Shown here: piece after piece, positions 9,204 through 19,643 of the stretch | How the letters are laid out: the number at the start of each line of letters is the position of its first letter | Numbering within the stretch: position 1 is the stretch's first letter | Origin: Candidatus Krumholzibacteriota bacterium | GTDB lineage: Bacteria; Krumholzibacteriota; Krumholzibacteriia; JAJRXK01 | Direction of reading: 5' to 3' | DNA: 64,000 nt | Assembly (NCBI GenBank): GCA_963727455.1 | Contig: CAVSGG010000005.1 | Coordinates: forward strand, 480,001-544,000 | Position numbers and translations under genes: made by a program | Notes under the pieces: generated by a model | Database searches by the model: none | Seen by the model: only the letters and a program-made list of their open reading frames with translations | What the model was told of the DNA's origin: nothing

Positions 9204-9251
9204 TTGCCTTTCCTGTTTTCTTCGCCTATGCTAATGCGAAGGAAGGAGGAG
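9204..9251 (+). promoter_or_regulatory. lexA promoter (TTGCCT-N17-TATGCT) with an overlapping inverted-repeat operator, candidate SOS box
   Basis: -35 at 9204-9209 and -10 at 9227-9232; CTTCGC-N10-GCGAAG (9220-9241) flanks the -10. Confidence 0.55.
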
Positions 9252-9255
9252 CGAC

Positions 9256-9858
9256 GTGTATCTCACCAAACGGCAGTCTCAGCTCCTGGACTATCTACGC
9301 TCGAGCATCGCAAGTAACGGTTACGCTCCCAGCTTGGAAGAAATCGCAGCTCATTTCGAACTCTCCTCGGTCGGTACGGTTCATAAACATCTGAAGGCGC
9401 TCGAAGACAAGGGCGTCATTCAGAGGCAATGGAACCGCAGTCGCGCGATCGAGGTTGTTGGCCTCATGGACGGCAAGGCGCGCCGTTTGCCGCTTCTTGG
9501 CACGGTGGCCGCGGGCCGACCCATCGAGGCGGTTCCGCAGTCCGAGAGCATCGCAGTTCCCGAGGACATGATCGGCCGCGGTCCCGCGTACGTACTGCGG
9601 GTGAAGGGCGATTCGATGCTCGGCGATTCCATTCGGGATGGTGACTACGTCGTGGTCGAGCAGCGCGAGCATCCGGACAACGGTGACATCGTCATTGCCC
9701 TGCTCGAGGGCGAAAATGTCACGCTCAAACGATTCTATCGCGAAGGAAACATGGTGCGGCTCGAACCGGCGAGTAGTTCGCACGAAGCGATTTCGGTTCC
9801 AGCGGATCAAATGCAAATCCAGGGAATCGTCGTGGGTATTCTGCGCCGTTTCCTCTAG
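9256..9858 (+). CDS. lexA: SOS repressor LexA
   Basis: LTKRQ, PSLEEIA wHTH, VAAG cleavage site, GDSM catalytic Ser and TLKR catalytic Lys. Confidence 0.95.
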   Translation: MYLTKRQSQLLDYLRSSIASNGYAPSLEEIAAHFELSSVGTVHKHLKALEDKGVIQRQWNRSRAIEVVGLMDGKARRLPLLGTVAAGRPIEAVPQSESIAVPEDMIGRGPAYVLRVKGDSMLGDSIRDGDYVVVEQREHPDNGDIVIALLEGENVTLKRFYREGNMVRLEPASSSHEAISVPADQMQIQGIVVGILRRFL

Positions 9859-9861
9859 GCC

Positions 9862-10969
9862 ATGGCTCGTTCGCGCCTTCTCCATCTGCGACTTCAGCCC
9901 GGCCCCGCCCTATCCCGCCCTGCCGCGAAATCCGATCACCCTGCACCGGGCGACTTTGCCCGCGGCGGCTTTCCTCTGCACCGTCTTCGCCCGTGGTCTC
10001 CTTCTCCACGGGTCAGCAATCCGGATGCGTTCGACACTTTCGTGGCGGAGCCTCACCTCTCCGAGTCGTTTCTACAATTTCTTCAGAACAAGGCACCAAG
10101 AGTAGAACCCGTTGGACGCTGGGAAGTGTTGATGGATCTCAGCGGTTGCGAACGACTGTATCCCGAGACGGGGAACTCTGCTGGCGGAGATCAACCGCGA
10201 GTTGCCGAAAGAAAACTCACTCGTTTTGGCCGCGGGGGAGGGAGCAACGCGTTTGGTGGCTCGTCTCGCCGCGGCGGTCGCACCGGCGGGAAGTTGGTGG
10301 AGCGTGGAGACCAAGGCGAGCGCGAGCTTCCTGGCCCCCTTCCCCCTGCAGTGCGTGAAGGACGAATTTCCCGCTTGGGTGGAAGCACTTCAGGAGCTGG
10401 GGCTGTTCACTCTGGGAGATCTAGCTGCGATTCCCTTCGTACTTTTGCATCGTGCGCTGGGAGCGGGCGCGCGGACCCTCTGGGAGGACGCCAGGGGGGA
10501 GGGATCTCACGCCGTCTACCAGCGGCTCGAGTTGCCCTTGCTCCGTGCGCGACACCGCTTTCAGTCTCCTCAGAGCGAACCGGGCTTGGTTGCCTCGGCC
10601 CTGGGAGTTCTGGCCGATCGGCTCGCGGTCGAATTGCGCTCGCATCGGCTTGTCGCGGCACGCATTCAGCTTCGACTCGGCTTTCACGGTGGGACGCGCG
10701 CCTGCCGCGGCAGAACCCTCTCGCCCGCCTCGGATGAACTCGAGGCCATCCGCCGCGCAGCCTGGGCACTGTGGCGGGAGGAATCGGGGCGACGGACTGC
10801 GGTGACAGCTTGTGAGCTTCGCGCCGAGCTTCTGCGCAAACGGCCGGCCGAGAGCCTGTGCTTCGACTTCGTCAAGGCGCGTAAGGATCTGGCGCCGGCG
10901 ATTCGCTCCATCCGGCGGCGATACGGAACGGCGGCGATTCGCTGGTCTCCGGAGCTCTGGATGGATTAG
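9862..10969 (+). CDS. Degenerate Y-family polymerase (ImuB/DinB-like), one frameshift near 10190
   Basis: PRVEPVGRWEVLMDLSGCERLY (DinB palm-like, without the S-x-D-E acidic pair), LQELGLFTLGDL HhH, little-finger region, and C-terminal IRRRYGTAAI. Confidence 0.65.
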
Positions 10970-11967
10970 GCGTTCTCGTCGAAGAGATCGTGCTGTGTCG
11001 CTTTGAGCTTCTGTCGGCCGCGTTTTGTGCTCGGCGCTTCCTCGCGAAAAGATAGAGGCTTGGGATTCGACGCACCCGCGCGCTTCAGGTCCTCCTTGAT
11101 CTCGGGAAACTCCTCCTGAAGCCACGAAGGAAACTCAGCTACGTCTTCGCCGAGCAGGGCTCGAATCTGCAGAGCGTTCACCACCGCCTGCCCCTGGAAG
11201 TGGTTGTTGGTGATGATGTAGCTTTCATTCGCCGAGGCTTGGCTCTTGCTGAGCGCGTCGATCCAGGGGGTGAGTTCGGCGAGCGAATAGCGGTAATCGT
11301 AGCGCTGATCTCGTCCGGCATTCTTCTGAAACCAGTTCTCTCGGTTGCGCCCGTGGAGGCGCAGATAGAGAAGCTCGCCGCTGGATTGCAGCACTGGCGG
11401 CAAGCTGTCAGAGAGCTGAGGCTGATCGACACTGACCACGCACAGTTTCGAGTCGTGCAGCGGAACGATTCCCGAATCGTCCCCCCAGCTTCCGTGGCGG
11501 AGTTCGAAAACGAGCGAGTGGGGGGCGAGCTTCTCCGCGAGCCTCTGAAGGTAGGCGAGGTGCTTCTCGCTGCGCCGAAAGGACCAGGGAAACTGCGCCA
11601 GGATGGGGCCCAGCCGCCCACTCTCAGCCAGGGGCTTGAGAAACTCCTCGAAGTCCACCAGCGCCCCAGAGGAGATCTGTGGATCGTCGTGCGTGAAGGA
11701 GCGGTGCAACTTGACCGCAAAACGGAAGTCCGCGACCTCACGCAGCCGGCGCACCCAGCCCTCCGCGTTCTTGGGGGGAGGGATGTGGTAGAAGCTCGAA
11801 TTGACCTCGATCGTGCGAAAAAAGCGCGCGATCCACAGCAAGGGGTCGAATCGCCTGGAGGGGTGGGGAGGATAGACCCGGCCCTGCCAATCCGGATAGC
11901 TCCAGCCGGCTGGCCCAACCCGAGGGGGAGAGGAGGGCTTGGAAACGAGCGCAGAGGCAGATTCCAT
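10966..11967 (-). CDS. DUF72 (YecE-like) TIM-barrel protein
   Basis: GPAGWSY.DW, IEVNSSFY, FAVKL...FTH, QFP.SF, ELRH.SW, YLRLHGRN, YDYRYS, NNH. Confidence 0.9.
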   Translation of the reverse strand: MESASALVSKPSSPPRVGPAGWSYPDWQGRVYPPHPSRRFDPLLWIARFFRTIEVNSSFYHIPPPKNAEGWVRRLREVADFRFAVKLHRSFTHDDPQISSGALVDFEEFLKPLAESGRLGPILAQFPWSFRRSEKHLAYLQRLAEKLAPHSLVFELRHGSWGDDSGIVPLHDSKLCVVSVDQPQLSDSLPPVLQSSGELLYLRLHGRNRENWFQKNAGRDQRYDYRYSLAELTPWIDALSKSQASANESYIITNNHFQGQAVVNALQIRALLGEDVAEFPSWLQEEFPEIKEDLKRAGASNPKPLSFREEAPSTKRGRQKLKATQHDLFDENA

Positions 11968-12011
11968 GCTCTCAGTGTAGCGCAGACTCCCGCAGAAGGC
12001 CGCCTGTGGCG

Positions 12012-12040
12012 TTGACGTTCCGCTGAGCCGCTCCTACCAT
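12012..12040 (+). promoter_or_regulatory. Putative sigma70 promoter TTGACG-N17-TACCAT for hsp20-lon
   Basis: -35 at 12012-12017 and -10 at 12035-12040 with 17-nt spacing. Confidence 0.5.
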
Positions 12041-12114
12041 CCCGGAAACGGTCGAATTGGAGTTTTTGGCCCCCTCAGAGCGCCCGGAGAGGGGCGACGC
12101 ACCCCGGAGGAACC

Positions 12115-12570
12115 ATGTCCCAAACGGACACGCTCTCATGCCACGGCGGCGGCCGCATGGACGACGCCTTCGAATTCTTCTTCGGAGCGAGCCGTGGGCG
12201 CTCCCAGCCCTTCGGAATGCAGCCCGACCTCGGCTGGCACCCGGCGGCTGACGTCTACGAAACCAAGGACGAGTTCATCATCCAAATGGACCTCGCCGGA
12301 ATGCAACGGAGCGAGATCGAAGTCATCGTCGAGGACGATTTCGTGCGTGTCCGGGGAGAGAGGACCAATATCGCTCCACCCGGGAAGAAGCACTTTCACA
12401 AAATGGAGATTCAGATTGGTCCTTTCGAGCGCCACATTCAAGTTCCCGACACCGTGGATCTCTCGAGCGCGAGCGCGAGCTATCGCGCCGGATTTCTGTT
12501 CATCCACCTGCGGAGAGGAAACCTGAGTCCCTCACCGCGGCGCAGCATCCCCGTCGAGCAGAAAGACTGA
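12115..12570 (+). CDS. Hsp20/alpha-crystallin small heat shock protein
   Basis: W.P.ADVYET, DLAGM, V.GER, EI..G.FER, A.Y..GFL.I.L. Confidence 0.88.
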   Translation: MSQTDTLSCHGGGRMDDAFEFFFGASRGRSQPFGMQPDLGWHPAADVYETKDEFIIQMDLAGMQRSEIEVIVEDDFVRVRGERTNIAPPGKKHFHKMEIQIGPFERHIQVPDTVDLSSASASYRAGFLFIHLRRGNLSPSPRRSIPVEQKD

Positions 12571-12592
12571 AGGCCGTCCCGTCCAAGGAGTC

Positions 12593-14981
12593 ATGGTGTC
12601 CACAGAGCAGCAACAGCATCAGCCAGAGCTAAGCTCCGAGCTCGGGCGAATTCCGACGAGCATGCCCATCCTGCCCATCAGCGAGGCCGTGGTCTTCCCC
12701 TACATGATGGTGCCCCTGGTTCTCTCCGATCCCAATCTCATCCGCCTCGCGGACGATGCGCTCGCTGACGCCAAGGTACTGGGTACCTTCGCGCAGCTTC
12801 CTTCGCATGACGAGTCGGAAGACGAGGAGAAGCCCTTCGGGGAAGAGATCTACGAAGTCGGCACGGCGGTAGCCATTCAGAAAATGCTGCGGTTTCCCGA
12901 TGGAAGCATGCGGCTGCTTGGGCAGGGGGTCGCGCGGGTCCGGCGCAAACGCTACAAGTCAACCGAGCCCTATCTGGTGGCCGAGGTGGAGGTGCTGGAG
13001 GAGTTGCCCGCCACCGACACGCGCACGATTGCGCTCATGCGAGGAGTGGCCAACAACTTCATCAAGATCGTGGAATCGAGTGAATCTCTCAGCGATGAGC
13101 TGAGGGTCGTGGTGATGAACATCGACGATCCCGGGCGCCTGGCGGACATGGTGGCGACCAATCTGGAAATCTCGGTCGAGGAGAAACAACAGGCCCTGGA
13201 GATTCTGCACCCCCGCAAGCGGCTGGAGATGCTGAGCAAGATCGTGCTGCGTGAGTTGGAAGTGGTTGAGCTCGGCGAGCGAATTCAGAGCCGAGTGCGC
13301 AAGGCGATGGACAAGGACCAGCGCGAATACTACCTGCGACAGCAGCTCAAGGCGATCCAGCGTGAGCTGGGTGACGTCGATCAGAGCTCGGTCGAGTTGG
13401 ACGAGCTGCGCGAGGCGATCGATAAGGCGGATCTGCCCGACAGTGTCCGGGAAGTCACCGTGAAGGAGTTCGGGCGGCTCGCGCGCATGAGCCCCGGTGC
13501 CAGCGAGTACACCGTCAGCAAAACCTACATCGACTGGATTCTCGATCTTCCATGGCTGGTGACGACAGAGGACAACCTCAATCTCAAGCGGGCGGAGGAG
13601 ATCCTCGAACGCGATCACTATGGACTCCACGACGTGAAGGAACGCATTCTGGAGTTCCTCGCGGTCAAAAAGCTCAAGAGCGACATGCGCGGCCCGATTC
13701 TCTGCCTCGTGGGACCACCGGGGGTTGGCAAGACGAGCTTGGGCAAGTCCATTGGCGAGGCTATCGGAAGAAACTTCTACCGGCTGAGCTTGGGAGGTAT
13801 GCGCGACGAGGCGGAGATCCGTGGGCACCGTCGCACCTACGTAGGCGCCATGCCGGGGCGAATCCTGCACGGCATCAAGACCGCGGGTTCGAAAAATCCG
13901 CTGATCATGCTGGACGAGATCGACAAGCTGGGGAACGACTTCCGCGGGGATCCGGCCAGCGCACTGCTGGAGGTGTTGGATCCGGCGCAGAACAACACCT
14001 TCACCGACCACTACCTCAACATGCCCTTCGATCTCTCCGACGTGCTCTTCATCTGTACCGCGAACATGCTGGACACCATTCCCAGACCTCTGCTCGACCG
14101 CATGGAGATCATACACATCGCGGGGTACACGCGTCTGGAGAAGCTGGAGATCGCCAAACGCTATCTCGTGCCCAGGCAGGTGGTCGAGAACGGCCTCTCG
14201 CGAAACAAGATCCGCTTCACCGACGCGGCGATCAGCCACATGATCACCCAGTACACTGCGGAAGCGGGCGTGCGCAATTTGGAGCGGACCATCGGCAGCA
14301 TCTGCCGCAAGGCGGCACGCGGTTTCGCCACGGGAAAGCGCAAACGCGTGAACATCTCGGTGAAGAATCTGGAAGACTATCTCGGCGTTGCGCACTTCTC
14401 CGAGGACGAGAGAAAGAGCCACCCCATGATCGGCGTCACCGCGGGTCTCGCCTGGACCTCGGTGGGCGGGCGCATCCTCTTCGTGGAGGCAGTCGCCATG
14501 CCCGGGAACGGGAAGCCTACGTTTGACCGGGCAGCTCGGTAGCGTGATGCAGGAGTCGGCGCAGGCCGCGCTGAGCTACATTCGCTCGCGTTATGCGGAC
14601 ACTGAATCGCAGGCGAAGTGGTTCCGCAACAACGATATCCATATCCATCTTCCGGCGGGAAGTGTGCCCAAGGACGGGCCCAGCGCGGGCGTGGCCTTGG
14701 CAACTTCGTTAATGAGTCTCTTCCGCCGCATTCCCGTGCACCACCGAGTCGCCATGACCGGAGAGATCTCCCTGACGGGAGAGGTGATGGCCATCGGGGG
14801 GCTGCACGCAAAGGTCCTCGCTGCGCATCGCGTTGGGATGCGGGATGTCATCATTCCGGCCGCCAACGAGAAGGACGTGGAGGACCTCCCCGAAGAGGTA
14901 ACCGAGGCGATCAAATTCCACCCGGTAAGCGGCGTGGAAGAGGCCTGGGAAGTTGCTCTCACTCGAGACTTCCGGGAGTAG
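12593..14981 (+). CDS. lon: ATP-dependent Lon protease, one frameshift at about 14522
   Basis: Lon N-domain, GPPGVGKTS, RRTYVGAMPG, LDEIDK, DPASALLEVLDP; the protease domain (TGQLG.VMQESA, PKDGPSAG) continues in another frame after an extra T in ACGTTTGACC. Confidence 0.92.
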
Positions 14982-14983
14982 AC

Positions 14984-16042
14984 GTGCCACTCTCGTTCCT
15001 CAATCGAGTTCTGAAGCGCCCCAGCGATGTGGTGGCCAAGAAGGACGCTTTTCGTCTGCCTGGAGCTCTCTTTGACGGAGTGAGGGTGCTGCTCATCGAT
15101 TCGGACGATTACACCGATCTGCTCTTCGCCATGCCGCTAGTGGAGGAGATACACGACCGCTTTCCCAATTCCCGGGTGGGGCTGGTGAGCGACGAGCGAG
15201 CGCACTATTTGGCGCTTTCCAGCGGAGCATTTCATGAGCTGGTAGTGTATTCCCCCGAGCAGTTAAGTTTGAACTCGAAGGGCTTCGAGAACCTGGCGGA
15301 GGCGGTGCGGGCCGAACCCTGGGACGTGGTGATTCTGCTGGGCCGTCGAGCCCGATCCGGCGCGCGAGGAGTTGGCGCTGGCCAGCGGGGCCCAGTTGCG
15401 GGTGGGTTCTTTGCACCCCAAGAGCTATCCCGCGCATCAACTGTGCGGTGCGCGCCACGAAGGAAGATCACTACCCCTACCGGCGCACTGCGACCTGGGG
15501 CAAGTTCTTTGGATTGCCGCTGGATCATGCTCCGCTGCATTGGCCGCTGCCCGAGTCGAAAGTGCGGCAGATCGCGCAGCTGATTCACTTCAACAAGCCG
15601 CGCAAGGATGAGATCCTCCTCGGAGTCGATCCGGGGCAGGGCAAGGAGGGGACGCTTCTGGGAGCGGAGAACCTGGCATTTCTCGCGAATCATCTGGGGA
15701 AGCGCATGCGATCCAAGACCCTGGTGCTCTCGGCGGACGAGGACATGCAGCGCTTGGCGGAATTCGAAGCGTTGCTCACGGTGGAGAATTGGATCTGCCG
15801 CATCCCACCTTCTGGAGGTCGTGCTTCTTTTGAGCCAGTGTGAGGTCCTGGTGGCCGGGAATACGGACCTCTTCCATTTTGCGGTAGCCTTGGGCGTGCC
15901 CGCTCTCGGTCTCTTTACTACACGCGATGGCAAGCGTTGGCGACCGGACGAAGGGGAGCGAGTGGAGATTCTCGAGCTCGAAGACGGGGGAAATCTCGAA
16001 CTCTCCAACGTGTCGGCTTGTTTCGATCGTCTCCTCGGATGA
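14984..16042 (+). CDS. GT9 (heptosyltransferase-like) protein, divergent, frameshifted at about 15345 and 15790
   Basis: N-terminal DLLFAMP..EIHDRFP; C-terminal VAGNTDLFHFAVALGVP.LGLF, a degenerate form of the GT9 DSG..H.A motif. Confidence 0.65.
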
Positions 16043-16096
16043 TCTTGCCCGACGAAACGCCCGTACCAGACTCTCAACGAAAGATCTACGGCGAAG

Positions 16097-18040
16097 ATGC
16101 GTGACTGGCTCCGACTGCTCAGAATGTTGCGCTACTATCGCCGACAGAGCGCCATGCTCGTCGTGAGCATTTTCCTGGCCTCGGTGCTCTCCACCGTGGG
16201 CATCACTTTCATCTCCCCGCTCTTGAGAATTCTCTTCTTGGAGCAGCCGACTCCCCCCGCGGTCGAGATGGTGCGCAATCCCAGCAGGATACATTCGCGC
16301 CGAGAACGGGAGCTGCAAGAGCCATCCGATGCGAGGAGTTCCCAAAATGCGATTCCCGTCCCCGAGAAGCTCTCCGAGGCGCGCCACAACCTGCAGACCT
16401 GGGTTGAGAGGCATCTGTACAAGGGGAACCGCGGGGACATGTTGCTGCGGGTGTCGATTCTTCTCTTCCTGCTCTATCTGGCCAAGAATCTCTTCACCTT
16501 CTCCCAGGGTGCCTTCACTGCGATCCTCGAACAGAAGGTCATCTACGACATTCGGCAGAATCTCTTCACGGCCATTCAGGACATGCCCTTGCGCTACTTC
16601 TCGCAGGAGAGAACGGGGTATCTCATGAGCCGCGTCATCATCGACGTGGACATGATGCGGGGAGCATTGGTGGGGTGCGCCTCGCAGATTCTCTCCAACT
16701 CGATCATGGTCGTTCTCGCACTCATCTTGGTTTTGTGGTGGAGCTGGCAACTCGTCCTTGCGACGCTGGTCATCGTTCCACCGAACATTCTGTTGATGGG
16801 CTATCTCAGCAAGAAGATGCGCAAGGGGAGTCACCGCACCCAGGAGTCGATGGGCGCGCTGGCCACCGTTCTGCAGGAGACGATCGCGGGAATTCGTATC
16901 GTGAAGGCCTTTACCATGGAGATCGCGGAGAGGCTGCGCTACGGCAAAGAAAATCACCGCTACTACAAGGCCTACAGCAAGATGAAAGTGCTGGAAGCGC
17001 TCTCCTCGCCAGTGAGCGAGATTCTGGGAATCACTACCGCGGTGGTGATCCTTGGCTTCGGCGGTCATCTGGTTCTGAGCGGTCGGCTGCGCCCCGATCT
17101 TCTGGTCGCATTCCTGGGCGTCATGCTCTGGGTGATCGGGCCCATCAAGAATCTCATCAAGGTCAACAGCACCCTCCAGCAGAGCCTGGCCGCGGCCCGT
17201 CGCGTGTTTCTCATTCTCGATGCGGAGAAGGAGGAGGCCAACGCGGATGGCATCAAGCGAATCGATGGCCTGAGCGATCGAATCGTCTTCGAAGAGGTTT
17301 CCTTCGACTATCGCGACGACGTGCCGGTGCTCCGCGAGATCTCGCTCAGCATCCCCGTGGGGACGACCCTGGGAATCGTGGGACCTTCCGGAGCGGGCAA
17401 GTCGACTCTGGTAGATCTCATCCCGCGTTTCTACCATCCCACTTCGGGCAAGATCACGCTGGACGGCATCGATCTCGAAGACATCTACCTGCCCACCTTG
17501 CGATCGCTGGTGGGAGTGGTCACGCAGGAAGTCATCCTCTTCAACGACACCATCGCGGCTAACATCTGCTACGGTTCTCCGCAGGCCAGCCGCGAGAAGA
17601 TCATCGAGGCCGCCAAGACCGCGAATGCTCACGAGTTCATCAGTGAGTTTCCCGAGGGCTACGAGACGATCGTGGGGGAGAGAGGTACGCAGCTCTCCGG
17701 CGGGCAACGACAGCGCATCGCGATCGCGCGCGCGATTCTGCGCGATCCGCCAATTCTCATCTTCGACGAGGCCACCAGTTCACTGGATACAGAGAGCGAG
17801 AAGTTGGTCCAGGAGGCGATCGAGAGACTGGTCAAAGGGCGCACCACCATCGTGATCGCGCATCGCCTTTCCACTCTGGTGCGCGCGGATCGCATCGTGG
17901 TGTTGCAGGAGGGACGGATCGTGGAGGAGGGTGTCCACGAGACGCTGCTCGCGCGACAGGGAGTCTACCGGAGGTTGTATGAGCTCCAGGACAACGGGCG
18001 ACCGCCCAAGCCTGGCCCTTCTCCCGAACTGGCTGGGTGA
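16097..18040 (+). CDS. msbA: MsbA-like lipid A/core ABC flippase
   Basis: ABC TM domain plus GPSGAGKST, LSGGQRQRIAIARA, IFDEATSSLD and IAHRLST; sits in an LPS core cluster. Confidence 0.8.
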   Translation: MRDWLRLLRMLRYYRRQSAMLVVSIFLASVLSTVGITFISPLLRILFLEQPTPPAVEMVRNPSRIHSRRERELQEPSDARSSQNAIPVPEKLSEARHNLQTWVERHLYKGNRGDMLLRVSILLFLLYLAKNLFTFSQGAFTAILEQKVIYDIRQNLFTAIQDMPLRYFSQERTGYLMSRVIIDVDMMRGALVGCASQILSNSIMVVLALILVLWWSWQLVLATLVIVPPNILLMGYLSKKMRKGSHRTQESMGALATVLQETIAGIRIVKAFTMEIAERLRYGKENHRYYKAYSKMKVLEALSSPVSEILGITTAVVILGFGGHLVLSGRLRPDLLVAFLGVMLWVIGPIKNLIKVNSTLQQSLAAARRVFLILDAEKEEANADGIKRIDGLSDRIVFEEVSFDYRDDVPVLREISLSIPVGTTLGIVGPSGAGKSTLVDLIPRFYHPTSGKITLDGIDLEDIYLPTLRSLVGVVTQEVILFNDTIAANICYGSPQASREKIIEAAKTANAHEFISEFPEGYETIVGERGTQLSGGQRQRIAIARAILRDPPILIFDEATSSLDTESEKLVQEAIERLVKGRTTIVIAHRLSTLVRADRIVVLQEGRIVEEGVHETLLARQGVYRRLYELQDNGRPPKPGPSPELAG

Positions 18041-19046
18041 TCTCGTCATGGCCGGGCCGGCCCTGCGCTGCCTCAAGGAGGAGGGGCCGGTGGTGGGTGT
18101 GGGTGCTCCCGCCCTGCTGCACTCTCGCGCGGGATTGGGGTTTGATCGACGAGGCGGTGGACTACGACCGCCGCGGGAGCGACCGCGGGATTGCGGGGAC
18201 TGTGGCGCGCGGCCCGGCGCATCCGGGCCCATCGTCCGCATCGCGCCCTCATCTTTCCACCGTCCTTTCGTGCCGCCCTCCTGGCGTTTCTCAGCGGTTG
18301 CCCGCGCCGTCGCGGATTTCCCCGGGACGGGCGTGCTTTCCTGCTGGACGAACCCTATCCCGCGCCGCAAGCCTCCACGTAGCCGGCATCAGGCGAGAGT
18401 CTGGCGCTCCATGGCGAGGGGGGAAGCCCTGGAGAAGAGCGAATCGTATGCGCCGCGAAGCCTGCAGGCGGGACCGGCTGCGCAAGCCACTCTGCGGGAT
18501 CTCAGGCTAGCGGGTGCCCGAGCTGGCCGCGGCGGGACGCTACGCTGTGCTGGCTCCCGCGGTTCGCTATGGACCAGCTAAGCAATGGCCCGCCAAGCTA
18601 CTTCCGTGATTTAGCGCAGAAACTGACCGAAGAGCGGGGGCTGCAAGTGGTGGTTGTGGCGGGGGTGGGTGGGCGAGGAGGCGGAAGTTGCCGCCGCCAC
18701 CAGCCAAGGGCTTCGGTGGTGGAATTGGCCGGGAAAGACCGATCTCTTGGGGCTGAGCGCACTCCTCGCGCAGGCGGCACTCTTCGTGGGCAACGACAGC
18801 GGTCCGGCGCATCTCGCGGCCGCCTTGGGGGCGCCCACGCTGACCATCTTTGGTTCGACCAACCCGAACTGGACGGCGCCACTGGGGGAGCGGGCGCAGA
18901 TCGTGGGGCCCCATCCCGTCCCCTGCACTCCGTGCTACTTGAAACTCTGTCCGATCGGACTTCCTTGCCTGAAGGAACTCACGGTCGACGAGGTTTGGCG
19001 GGAAGTTCTCGAATTGAGCCGGGGAGAGAATGCAAAACGCGTTTGA
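17979..19046 (+). CDS. waaF: Heptosyltransferase II (WaaF-like GT9), several frameshifts
   Basis: PNWLGDLVMA; ALIFPPSFRAAL; GNDSGPAHLAAALG.PT.TIFGST; C-terminal PCTPC...CP...CL. These are spread over different frames. Confidence 0.7.
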
Positions 19047-19643
19047 GAGTTCGAAGGCAAGCTGGAGGGGAGTGGTATGGCTCGACCGAGACGGGACCTT
19101 GGTCGACGACCCCGGCTACCTTTCCGATCCGGCCGCGCTGAAACTACTGCCGAATGGCCCGCGGGCGATCGCGCGAACTCAACGCGGCCGGACTTTGCGT
19201 GGTTCTCATCACCAATCAGAGTGGAATCGCGCGCGGACTGGTGAGCCGTGAAACGGTCGATCGCATCCACGAGAAGCTGAGCGCGGAATTGGCGAGCGAA
19301 GGCGCCCACTTGGACGGCATCTATCTCTGTCCCCATCTTCCGCGCGAGGAACTGGAGGAAGGGCAGCAGGCCTGTTCGTGCCGGAAGCCGCAGACGGGTC
19401 TCGTCGAACGCGCCATGCGGGAACTGCATCTGGAAGGTCTTTCCTCGATAGTGGTGGGCGACAAGATGAGCGACCTCGAACTTGCGAGGAGAATCCCCAG
19501 TCGCAGTGTACTCGTTCTCACCGGTGAGGGACGCGCGACGCGCGATGCGCTCGAGAATTCACCCGTGAAAGCGGATCATCGTGAGCGAAGATCTAAGGAC
19601 GGCGGCGGAGTGGATCATCCAGACCCTGGGGCTTTCTCGATGA
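19030..19643 (+). CDS. gmhB: D-glycero-D-manno-heptose-1,7-bisphosphate phosphatase (HAD), frameshifted
   Basis: LDRDGTL, ITNQSGIARG, YLCPH, CSCRKP..G and VGDK.SD across two frames; the 3' end is inferred. Confidence 0.8.

Noticed and set aside
11968-12114. CIRCE or other heat-shock operator before hsp20
   Set aside because: No TTAGCACTC-N9-GAGTGCTAA match was seen.
14515-14530. Programmed frameshift in lon
   Set aside because: A single extra T (ACG TTT GAC instead of ACG TTG ACC) with no slippery heptamer, in a region full of similar indels.
935-17707. Long antisense ORFs (e.g. 935-2428, 12959-14422, 15776-17707)
   Set aside because: They are shadows of well-supported + strand genes in high-GC DNA and carry no recognisable motifs.
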